Made by a program: the position numbers and the translations under genes. Below are positions 37,812-49,806 of a DNA stretch of 64,000 bases, piece after piece. The notes beneath the pieces were generated by a model. The model was not told the DNA's origin. It worked only from the letters and a program-made list of their open reading frames with translations, and did no database searches. Positions within the stretch are counted from its first letter, which is position 1. Each line of letters begins with the position of its first letter. Origin of the DNA: Azolla caroliniana (taxonomy: Eukaryota; Plantae; Polypodiophyta); the NCBI GenBank assembly GCA_043228905.1, contig JBHGNT010000001.1, forward strand, positions 4,712,001 through 4,776,000, given 5' to 3'.

Positions 37812-40800
37812 TCACGTGGACGAGCTATCCAAAGAGAGCTTAAAGCACGGAGCCGAGAGAAGTAATCTCCCATAGCAAGCAAACCTCGCGCTGCTTGCCG
37901 TGTTGTGAGAATGCGGTGCATCTGCTGTAGAGTTTGCTGTCGAAGATTGTCCGCCTATGTATACATATACATAACACAAAGGATATCCATGCATAAAACT
38001 AGTTTTACCTTTAAAAGAGCATATTCTATCAAATGGTGTTCATGAATGTATGTACATAGAACTAGCATGAAAATATTTGGACCAAGGGTGTTCAGATTAG
38101 TGACCAGAAGTTAATGGGTGTTTACTGCAATTTTACTTAGAATTTGAACCCTGGTTCATTGGGCAAATAGACCATTAACTTCCGCAGGAGACTAATACCA
38201 TCAATAGGACGAGGCTAAGCCCATGGTGAGGATCTAATTTTTATGAATTTGATGCTACAGTGTAAAGTACCAGAGAGACAGCGCGAAATGAAATGAAATG
38301 TGACATTACTGTCTTCAAAAGGCCAATGTAACATATGCAATAGAAAGTTACATCACGTGAATCTTAGAGAGAGAATCCACCTACAGTCTTGACTACTATT
38401 AGGGGTTCATCTTTATAAGCAGTTATTTTGGGTTTTGTTTTCTAATTTGATTAATGTTCATGTGACCTCGTGCTTTGTACTTGGCAATTAAGTAGTGTGA
38501 TCATTTAGCCTTTTGCTTTGAAATTGATTTTCTTTTCCGGTTGTAACTCATTAAAATCATAGTTATTTGTAAACTTCCATAACTTTTGTATTTTATGCAT
38601 AATGATATTATGATACAAATACCCGTTATGTGAAAAAGTAACGAGGAAAGAGGGTCAAAATAGCCTAATGATATTTGCATATATAGGGTAAGAGATGAGA
38701 GAAATTTGGTACTAACCTGTCTGACAAAATTCTCAAGAGTCCCAAGTTTGCCCATAGCCATGGCCATCTGTCCCATATAGCTTGCAACATTTGATGAAGA
38801 TCCCAGTGACCCTGGCGCTGCCAGAGTGTCTGCTAAATTCTGCTGTAGTGCCTCCATTCCTTGAGATAAAGCTTCCTCTGCTTGTTGAGATGACTGCTGG
38901 AGATTACATACCGCTAATAACTGCTGCTCTGTGAGTGGTTCTAATTGGGGAATCAAGATCTACTTTCCATTTTAGGCAAAAGAAACATAAACACCATATT
39001 AGAATATGATTATACATTTATTCAGCCATTACGGTCTCGTAGTCAGTCTTCTATTGACTTCTTTTTTCTTTATGCAGCTGAAAATGCCACCAGAGCAAAA
39101 AAAAGGTATATATTAGACCACATGCATTCAATCAGCCATTACATCCTTGTTGTCAGTCTTCTATGATTTTGTTTTTCTTTATGCAACGAGAAATGTCACA
39201 TGAGGAATAATGGAATATAGAATACAACATGCATTTACTCAGCCATCACAGCCTTTCATACAAACTTCATACCAAAAGGACAAGGTTTTCTAAGTCATGT
39301 ATTTAGGATTTACGGTTTAACAAAGAGACTTTAGGTGTTCAGGTCTTAGCAAACATGTCCTCCAGTAGAGTTTACAATATGACAGAAAAATATTTGAAAA
39401 ATGCATTGCAAATTGCCTTTGGCTGCCTCAAATGGTAATCGGGGGGCATCATGAGATTTCTATACATATATAGCAACAAAGGAAAAAAGTTCTTCTTTAC
39501 TTCAACCTGCAGATTATTACAATTTTGTCGTCAGTTGTTACACACAGATAAATCTACCTGATTCTTGAGATATAGAGGGAAAGAAAGAGAGTTTTAAGTG
39601 ATTTACAAGTGACACATGTTCCACTGAATTTTGAGTTTTGCGTTTTCAAAGAAATATGTTAATATTTAGTTGAGTCTCAGTTTACATCTCAAAGCAATCA
39701 CATCATCAAAGATAGGCCTTTATACATAAATCAAATTATATATAGCCCAGAAGTTTTCATATACATACCAGCTTACTAAGACAATAACAAACCTATATAA
39801 ACGTTTGTTCTAAAAGACATTTTTAGTACACAGACTAAACTTAAAACTTCTTTAAACATAAACACAAACAGTTGAAAGAGTATTTACCTTCAGAAGTTCT
39901 GAAGGCCGAAAGCCACCCATCCACATGAAGCAACGCTCTGCTGGTGTTTTCCACATACCAGAAACAATGTGAAAAACATCAGCCTTCACAGCAATCCCTT
40001 TCAACCGGAAAAGCTCATCGTAATGAGAAACCCCACTCTCAACAATCAAGCGTAGATCATTATCAGTGACATGTGCACTCAAAGCAGACCGTAGCTCAGA
40101 CACATGTCGATTCTGCTCCTCAACCCATCGTGCATAATCCATATCAAATGCCGCAACACCTAAAATATATAGAGAGCACAAGCCATTACATTTGCTGTTA
40201 TTTAAAGGATATATATATATATAAAGGAAAATTACATAGACATTTTGCGTATAAACTATATATATATTTAAGGAAATTTGTCTAAATATACTTATAAGTG
40301 ACATATAACTAAAGAGATAGTTATGCTTGTGTATTTTGAAACATTTTATTACATTAGCTGTGCATTAAAATTAAGACTTCTCATAATTAGGAATAGAGAA
40401 ACTTGACTTACTCAGGATCCTTTGAATCAGAAAGCAAGTCTGCACTAATTAGGAAAGCCAGACGTGCCTTCAATTATTTATTGATCTTAACTAGAAGGCA
40501 GCTTCAATAAGATGCTAGATTAATCGAGAGTGGTATACAGATTAGACAAATAACCAATCTTTACTGTGATTATTAGGATAGTTAAGTAAGGTATACTCTC
40601 CATAATCTTAATCTTAATGATTTGGGCGTTATTAAGAGTTCACCCTGACAAAGTATATATAGAAAATTTTGCAAATAGGCAATCGTATGTGTTTAAAAAT
40701 TGAAACATATATGCATAACTTTTTCTCCTCTCTATATATACCTGGATGATTATGATCACCAGAAGAACCCCCCTGCACTCAAAGAAGTGACAGGATGAGA

Positions 40801-43800
40801 ATGATCTTTTGTATATTTAGATCATATTTCTTGGTGAAGTGATAGTGCTTTTACCTGCTGCTGCCTCAGTTGTTCAAGCTCCTGTTCGAGTTGATTAAGC
40901 TTCACTCGGCTAGACTCAAGCTGTTGAACATATGCCTGCATGAGATAAATAGGCTTCATAAATATAATGTATAATATTAATTGAGATGGAATGGAGAAAT
41001 ACATAAAGTAGGGATTTTTCTAACCTTCTTCCTTAAACGGCTTTTGCGAGCTGCTTCACGATTTTGTGCCAAACGACGGAGGACCTAAAAGAAATCCGTA
41101 GTACACATAATGGGTGCATAAATTGATCTTGCATTTAAAATAATGCATACATTTCAAAACCAACTATTATTTCTGGAAAATGAACAATCAGAAGAACTGT
41201 ATCGAACTTTCACCCCAAAGAGATGCAGATGAATAACTATAAGCTTTATGGGATCAACTTGTAGCATTCACTAATGACTATTAAGCTAAGGTAAAGAATA
41301 CATAATTGGGACTCTTCAAAGAAGAAACAATACAATTTTGTGAAAAGAAACCTAAAAACATGTACATTGATTCCATAGATTACAAGATGGAACACTTCTA
41401 TGAGGTTTATATAGACCCTCATAGAAAGTATTGCAATGAAAATAATGTGATGGGTTATTCTGAGCCGGAGAGGTACAATCATCAGACCCATTACATCAGT
41501 CATTTTAGATTGGCGGAGTTCATGAGACACAGGCCATAGAACTATAAAAAGCTACAAATTTGTGAAAAGCAACCTAAAACACTGGTTCTGTATAATACAT
41601 AAGGGTGAGGTAATAAAACCTTAATGTGCATTCAGATTATGAAAAGAAAGTAAATAAAAACTGTGAAGATCAACAAAAAAATATGCACTTAGGTTCCAAC
41701 AGTTATACAAGCACCCTAACTCTATAGTATATATGATGAAGAAAAATAGATATATCAAAACCCACCTTTAGATGGTGCTTAGACCAGCTGTAATGAGCAT
41801 TTTGTAGATTATGTAACCGAAAAAATCTGAAAACCCCTCATTTTTTTCTTTATTTCTCCCAAATGTCCTTCATCAACCTCCCTCTTGAGCAATTAATTGT
41901 GCAAATTTGAGAGATTTTACTGTCAACTTGTCCCCTTCTCACTTTAAGAGGTTAACCAAGGGTAGCTAGGAAAATATGAAAACTGGGGGCATCATAAATA
42001 AAGAAGAAATCAGGGGTATTTTGGAGTATTACCCATTATATATTTATGATGCCCCCAGTTTTCATATTTTCCCAGCTACCCTTGGTTAACCTCTTAAAGT
42101 GAGAAGGGGACAAGTATACATAGGATGTATGTATCCTGAGCCCATCGAATGCAACATTTCAAAATTGGCCAAATGATCTGACAAACAGAAAACCACCAGT
42201 ATTCGGTGGATGTTCAAGTGAAAGTTCAAGGCCGATGGCTCTCTTGAGAAACACAAAGCCAATCTGGTTGCAGAAGTCTACTCTAAGCAGCCCAGAGTAA
42301 ATTCTGAGGAAACCTGATTATTCATGGCTAAATTAAGCACACTCCAGAGAGTCCTTCCTATTTCAAGCCGTCATAGTAGCCTCTTTTTAACCATCATGGT
42401 TAAAGGGAGCTTTAGCCATGCCCATCCAGCTTGCCACCAGAAGCTAGATACTTTTCTTTTTCGCATTGGCATGCACTGAACTAAGGCCGAGTCTAATTGC
42501 TATGCTCAACAGCATTTGTTCCTAATAACTATTATTGCATGTAGATGTTCTCATTTTGACAGGTTCGTGGATAAAAAAGATTCAGCATGTCATGTGATCC
42601 TTAAAGCCCATTTTTTAAATGACCGATCTCAGATTTTTGCACTATTTTCCCATCTTGAACATCTTGCGACACCACAAGACATTATCTTCTATCAACAAAA
42701 GTACCCATTAAAAATTCTTAAATTGTTTTGTATGACTAACTGTCATACAATCTCCACTCCTGATCCCAGGGACACTAGCACCAAACATGGTCTGTCCATA
42801 CCAGTCAACTAGATCTCTATTGCTGCCAAATGGGGGGCCTAGTCAAGCTGACATAGCCATCTCTATTTCTCAAACACACTCTCTATGTCTGAGAACAATA
42901 TTATTGGGCAGCTTTGTCTCGCATATTGTCTCTCTTCTGATCATTCTACCACCATCTTCAGCAGGACTGTACAATGGACAATCTTGTAGGCCCACCATCA
43001 ACTTCTTATAAATCCTCCCCTATCTTCTTCCATAAATCTTAACATATCTTTTCAGCCACATCAGGAAAACCCTTATAGGCAATTGCATAAATATGTTGGT
43101 TCTGTCTTTTTAAATAGAACCACATCCTTCCCCCACCAATCAGGCCTACGTCTCCTCTAGGATCTGTGAACTCTTTTCTCTTTCAGCCCTTTGCATTCGA
43201 GAACTATCTCTGCAGTTGTATCTGTCTTGCACTCTCAATAGGAGTTTCCAGCTTGTCTATATTTTGTCTTCTCTGATCATTTTACTTTGTGCCCGTCTTA
43301 ACTTCTTATTAACTGAATATTTGAAGAAGGTGGCCTTCCTGTCCTCTGAAGAAGAAACTCACTTTCAGATACACATAATACAGATCAGTATAGAGTATAT
43401 ATTTTTCTTCAAGACACACTATCTTTACAGGTCATACGAGTCTACAGATGGAGTTTCAGTATAGAGCCTATAAACACTGCATGTCACAAACATTTAAACT
43501 TCCACACTACTCCTTGCCATGTCTCGACTCTCATAAAGGCCCTAAAACATGAGATCTAGAGATGTCAAGCGAGAGACGCAGGTGAGGTATTATGGGAATC
43601 TCGTAAAGAAGAGGCTTAAGGTGGTAATTTTCCATATATGAAATCACAAAATATGACACATACCTTGGAATCTGTAACCTTTCCACCACGATCATGATCT
43701 GAAGACCCAGACATTACTATTAAATCACGACTACTCCCATTCTCCATCTATCATGCAAAAAGGAAACGTTTTTTCAAGGGACAAGACAATCCATATACAT

Positions 43801-46800
43801 TGCACACCCTCAATGAACACCATGTAAAATGTTTTGGCTTACCATATTATCATCTTTACCATCCTCTTCTTCAATACTTGTAGAGGTGTCTGCTCTTGGA
43901 CTATGATCAGCCCACCTTTGCGACTGTAGACCTGATGTCGATTCAAAGCCCATCTGGATCTTATGATTGGGTGGGGTATTCTCTGCAGATTTTGACTCAC
44001 CACTCGCTTCAGAAAGAGATGTCACTTGAGAGGCTAGGTGATAATCCTGATCAAATCATGTAAATAAAAATCACATGGTCAGATTAGAAGTTCCAAGATT
44101 ACAAGAAAGTTACCTCTTGCCTGGGCCGAAGGGGAATAGCATATAATATGTTAGAGGACCCAGTATAATTGCGTTGAAACAAGCCTAAACAACATTGAAT
44201 TATGTCAATATGGGAGAAAATCTAGCATCTTAAAAAGCAATGAGGTCAACTAACATTCACACATATTCTCACCTTTGTCAATGTATCCTACCCCGTCGAT
44301 CAAACTTTTAGCAACCTCTGAATTGGCCTTACCAAGACCCAAATTATCTTCTGAACTTTTGCCTTCCAAGTTGTCCCTACAAATTGCTCTCATTATTTCA
44401 CACACTCAAACACAATACATTCACAGCCATGATTCACATGTAATGGACAAGCACATGACATGATTTGACATAACCATGCAATATACAAGAAGAACCCAGA
44501 AAATACCCACAAATAAAACCTGAATCAAACATACATGGGTACATACTGCTTCCACTGAGCACATTTTTCCAAACTAGTTTGGGTTTTACTCACACTACAA
44601 CACCGTCTAGGATGGGAACACATGGAGGATGTCAGACTAACTATACGAGCTGAAACAACAACTTTAAAATTGTACAAGTTGGTTAAGGGGTAAAGATTAA
44701 ATCAGCTTTTCTTGAGTCCACAGTCAAAGATGAGGCAAAGACTAAGGAAAGCAAGGTAACAATGCATACTCAAAACAGGAAAGCAAGGCAGCCAAAGCAG
44801 AACTGGCCGCAAGGATCCTTCTTCATAGCACAATGAAGAGATGGCCACTATGGTATGGGCCAACTACAGAAATGAAAAAATAAATGTTGAATAGTCAAAT
44901 CAAAAGGAGGCCATGTAGGTTGATAAGGTCACAAGGCCAATCAGACATAAGAATGGTTTCCAAACGACAGAAGAAGAGGAGGTCAGCAACAGCCACAAAG
45001 CACCAGGACACGATCTAGGGAGCACACCAAAAAGAAACATTCAAGCTGGTGACAGGGCAATGTAGCGCATCATAGAGAAGACCAAGGCCTACAAGAGAAT
45101 CAACTCCAAGTTTCATCATAAAAAGACAAAAGTTCCACCACACTCTGTTAAGGACTTCTCACAACCATGCCTAAATCTTCCTCATTTTATTATTTTGACA
45201 TCTTCCCAACCAAACGTGGTCATCTACCAATTGATGATAGATATCGCTAATTTGAAACTGGGACGATGGTTTATTATCCCAGATTGTAAAAGCTGAATCC
45301 TCTGACCATATCTAAATAGGTATACAACAATGCTACTAAAAGTTGTGTATAGAATGATATCAACTTTCTCTTGCAGGAAAGGATTGCATCCTGGATTATA
45401 GGCAAGCCCTAAAAAGGTCATAAGATTCAAATGAGTCTTATTAGATACTCCTCCAAGCAAGCTCTAAAAAGTCGTAACATTGAAATGAATCTATACCTTA
45501 CCGCCTACATCCCTCCAAGAAGTCACAACATTGCCAAAACCTCTATTTGCAAGGAGTTAATCTGTGTTCAGTTAATCATAGGATGCCATGTGATAAGTGT
45601 TCGCCGTCAGTTGGGAGACATGCAATTCTGGTTAATTTGGACATGTAAAGCTGTGAATGTTATTCATATAAATAAAGGACATGAAGAGAAGGCTATGAGA
45701 TACAGCATGGATGATGACCTCGCTCAAAGAAGTTGGCTCGTTGAGGATGAGCAGGAGGTCTTCCACATTGTGCCAAAGTCCTCAGTGGAATTTTTTGAGT
45801 TCTTGTTCTTCCTAGTTGACATCACAAATGGGTTGGCAACTTTTGGATGCATAAGCTGAGGCGTGCCAAGAGCATTGGATACCTGCACTGAGCTTGTTTT
45901 CCTGATAGTATATATTGTTTCACATGATACCAGCATCCCCAAACTCATAGGCCAAAGAAAACATATCCCTAACCTCCAGAAGCATAAAATGAGTCATCTG
46001 TCGTCTTACCAAATCGTACATTTGTCATGAGCGCATCTATAATTGACCAATTGAGATGGTCATAGAATTTCTTTAAATCTAGCTGGAGGGTTCTCCATAT
46101 CTATAAATAATATGAGAGCAGATCTATGCAAATCGATCAGTTTCAGACAAAACCCAAAGGAAAAATATCCCAAATGTCCAGAAACATAAAACAAGTCATC
46201 TGTACTCTGACCAAAATTCTCATTTATTACAAGTCCAGCTACAAAGGATCAGTCAAGATAGTTATAAAATTTCTTTAAATCCAGCTCTGGGGGTTCTTCG
46301 TTGAATTCCACTGACATCTATATATTCATGATATTATGTAAGGTATCTCGATCATTGAATAGGGTGTGCCACAGAAGGAAAATGCTCATGGAGTCTATTT
46401 ATTGGTTATGATTTTTTGTAAACAATTTGTATAGACTTTAGGAGAAATAGTTTAAATTAGTCCAACTTTCCAAGACTTGAGGCGTTTCACGAGAATGCCA
46501 CAAATACCAAGCCAGAGTAGTCTTACAACAAACTCATTTGTGAGGCTCTCTCGTATGAGATTCTTTTCAGCACAATACTCCAATAATTATTAATCATACA
46601 CAGCTTCTATGTTAACCACTGTACTATAATTATTTATCATCAACCTGTTATTACATATTATTGCCTTTGGATTGTGGGGCATAAATTGAAGTCATTGAAA
46701 TATGTTCAGAGAGGTACTTTATAAACGCTCATTGAGAAAGAATGAATTGTGTTATTGATTTAATCAACGTTACCCTTACAAAAATGAACATCATATAAAA

Positions 46801-47415
46801 TTTTCCTACCAACTCTTCACATTGGAGAGTCAAGGAGTGTATCATGCAAACATATTATGAATATACCATCCAAATGAATGATAAACCCTCTAAACCTACA
46901 GTGGACGATCCAATTTTCCAAACCCATTATGGATATCCAAACTTATGATGAATTATATGAGTAACCATGTATATAACAAATCATCCAAACGGATGATTAA
47001 CCATCTAAACCTAAGGTGGAACATCGAATCATCCAAACCTATTAGAATCAGCCGAACTTATGGTGACTTGTCTAAATCTAGAATATGAATAACCTATTAT
47101 ATGTCACCCAAATCCATCATGACTCATCCAAACCTATTATGAATCGCCCATCATCCAAACCTACTAGGAATTATCAAAACGTACGAACCCATTATGAACC
47201 ATCCAAACCTACAAAGAATCAACCAAGCCTAAACCTATGATGAATGACAAGACACCGATATGAATTATCCAAACCTGTTGTGAATTTTCATCTGGAAAAG
47301 AGTCAAATGAAAAAATGTTTTCCTGATAATAGAATTACCTCAAAAACCTCTGCATCCCTTGGACGGAACCTGGTGGTGCTGGTACATAGATCCTTCCTGT
47401 GTTGATCCATAGCAT
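37812..47415 (-). CDS. TGA: TGA-class (group D) bZIP transcription factor, ~11 exons
   Basis: bZIP VLRRLAQNREAARKSRLRKK|AYVQQLESSRVKL (41085-40854). DOG1 domain FDMDYARW...KADVFHIVSGMWKTPAERCFMWMGGFRPSELLK, then LEPLTEQQL...QQAEEALSQGM and terminal ADNLRQQTL...RLRALSSLW (stop 37812). N-terminal exons at 43.7-44.4 kb splice in frame; the first exon (47415-47339) is less certain. Confidence 0.92.
39015..39250. repeat. ~110-bp degenerate tandem repeat in a TGA intron
   Basis: CAGCCAT(T/C)AC...GTCAGTCTTCTAT...TTTTCTTTATGCA at ~39023 and ~39133, partial at ~39240. Confidence 0.6.
41817..42034. mobile_element. Mutator-like MITE (degenerate) in a TGA intron
   Basis: Ends GAAAAAATCTGAAAACCCCT / AGGGGTATTTTGGAGTATTACCC. 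Flanks ATTATGTAA and ATTATATAT match 7/9. Similar AAATACCCC / GGGGTATTT termini at ~8490, ~20590-20865, ~31755 and ~53760. Confidence 0.5.
41926..42115. repeat. Inverted repeat, 75-bp arms (41926-42000 / 42041-42115), 40-nt loop
   Basis: The arms are reverse complements, with one mismatch seen (GCTAGG vs CCCAGC). Confidence 0.93.
44600..46330 (-). mobile_element. Highly degenerate LINE reverse-transcriptase remnant in TGA intron 1
   Basis: The minus strand at 46010-46100 translates to LQLDLKKFYDHLNWSIIDALMTNVRFG (cf. L1 RT LKLDxxKAYDRVxWxF...GF), with a second copy ELDLKKFYNYLD at ~46250-46290. VEDLLLIL at ~45750 sits at the expected YADD position. Confidence 0.55.
46850..47290. repeat. Degenerate minisatellite (CATCCAAACCTATTATGAA-like) in TGA intron 1
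   Basis: More than 10 occurrences of ATCCAAAC(C)T(A) and TATGAA motifs. Confidence 0.7.
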
Positions 47416-47908
47416 TCTCTCTATCTATATTTCTCTCCCTATCGCTTTCTCTCTATCTCTCTATCTATCCATAAACATACTTACGTACATACATAAATAC
47501 ACAGGCAGGTGTGCGCACACACACGTGTCTGAAGACCATCTTCTGAAACAGAGTATTGGGAGAAGAGCCCAACAGTGAAGATGCATATGTACATGTGTGT
47601 GTGTGTGTGTGTGTGTGTGACAGTTTTAAAATAAAAAAGACAAATTTGAACAGAGAGATGAAGAATTACTATTCTAAAAACAGGAGAAGAAGCTCAATTT
47701 TGCTGTGGTGCATCGCTACTCAGGGCAAATATCTACATCGTCAGTCATCTCCATTCGTCTTCTTCTTCTTCTTCTTCTTCTTCTGATCCCTGATCTGCTT
47801 GCTAATGGGTGAACATTGGGTCTATCCATTTTCCACTATTCCATACAAAAATGAGTCATCATAAAAGGAAAGAAGGAATATAAATTGTTGAAAAAAGGAA
47901 AAAGGGGG

Positions 47909-47939
<31 letters not shown>

Positions 47940-48129
47940 TGTAGTGTTTTGGATTCATTGTTTGTTTGTTGGACAATGCCCATTATTATTGAAGCCCACA
48001 AATGCTTTGCACTTGGCCGGCCTGCCTGCCGCGAATGACAGAGGTCACGCCCATCACCCCTCCCGAGGGCTCAGTTTTGAGACAGGCGGAAGCGAGGCTC
48101 GCCCCGGCAGCTACATCCCGCTCATGGAA

Positions 48130-48192
48130 ATTGGCCCATACCCAAACCCTAACAAACATTTGTTGAGCCTCTCGCTCGTTGCCACGTGTCAA
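48130..48192. promoter_or_regulatory. Candidate cis-element cluster: site II (GGCCCA), telo-box (AAACCCTAA), G-box/ABRE (GCCACGTGTC)
   Basis: Motifs at ~48133, ~48144 and 48181, in a GC-rich island between the divergent TGA and phosphatase genes. Confidence 0.35.
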
Positions 48193-49806
48193 CATGGCCA
48201 CATCATCGCACCTTATAGTCGTGGACTCTTGGTATTTAATGATCATAAACCCTACATGTAGTAAAATATGTGTGTGCGTGCGTGTGCACATGAACTTTTT
48301 CCGATTTGAAGTATGCACGTTTTGCACGAAATGAGTTGTATTCGCACAACCAAGATGGATGGAAAAAAAAATTAAGCGTTTGTATTTTGTGTCAAAGTTT
48401 CTTAAGTGTGGAATCATCATGAACTCGCATTACTTCATTCAAATCGCAATGGCATGATCGCTTACTAATAAATTTGTCTTCCTAGTGTTTTTTTTGGATA
48501 AATGTGCCCACGTTTTTCTCATTGGAAACCTTCTTCTTTTTTGTGCACATGGGCTTCCATTCATATGTATCAATTGTAATGTTAAAGCCATGATTGTTCG
48601 AATAAAATCGATTGATTGTTCACTATTTCACAAGGTGGCATTGCCATGGCAAGGGTTGGAATTTGTTTCCATGTCACTCGAGAGGAGGGCAATGACAACT
48701 TGAACAACCCTTGATTGAACTTCTTACATACAACCTTACTCTACACACATAGTGCAATCATAAATGGAAGACCATGTAGACAATAGTAGCTTAATGTGAC
48801 AACATGGGGTTAGATCCATATGCATTCGATTACACTAGTAACCCTCAAACATAAAGATTCCAAAGAAGGACTATTACTAAGAAAAAATACAACATTTTTA
48901 ATCTTTAATTTCTTGTGTCAATATCCTTTCCATATCCACCATTTGGCTAACCTACATAGGTTAGTTACATGGAAGATTGCAATGAAACCTTTTCAAATGT
49001 TTCACACTCACTATATTATTGTTGGCTGGATACTACAACCAATACATACAAATTCTCCATGTCGCTAGAAGTTTTGGGATAACGAGTGCTCAGAGTCATT
49101 GCAAACATAAAGAAGCAATCTAAAATTCTTAAAAATAAAGCTAACGTTCTTTCAATATAATAATACCATTCAAGTTCTTCAAATATATCATCGTTGGCTC
49201 TCAAATTGACAATTGTAGTCAATAGAACTTGTTAGTATACCTGAGTGTTTGTCAACAAGGTTACACATGGAAGACAACCCCATAACTAGTGTTTTCACAC
49301 TTGATAGAATATGAACATCAAGAAAAAACCCAAGTTTGGTGTATATTCACGCCTCTTAGGATAAAAAAAATTTACTTGTTGCCATTACAAACTTGGAGTG
49401 TCAAATACCTTCATTCCTTATGGGATTTTTTTCCCCAGAATTTCTTGGTAAAAATCAATATTTGTCCCGGAAGTTAAGAAGTATTTGACAAGTTGTGGAT
49501 CAGTAACAGAACTTTTGCCCTGGTGCCTCTTGATTTCGATGGAAGGTCGAATTCTGACACCTGTGTATGTATTTTTTTCATTAAAACTTAAGGGCACTTG
49601 CAAACGGATGCCCCCCTCCCCCCGGACGATCGATCGAAGACCGGATTATTGCTCTTGCCAGTGCCAGACTACCCACTCGGGTGATCCAAAGCCTCGGACC
49701 ACCCCGCAGATCAGATCGGAGATTGTATTCTTATACTTCAAACCTCTCATTGTAATTTGTAACAGATCAATGGTGGTATGATTTGGGTTCTTTGCTCATT
49801 CATGGA

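Noticed and set aside
42150-43500. Coding-like degenerate block in a TGA intron
   Set aside because: Probably an old retroelement, but no motif could be identified with confidence.
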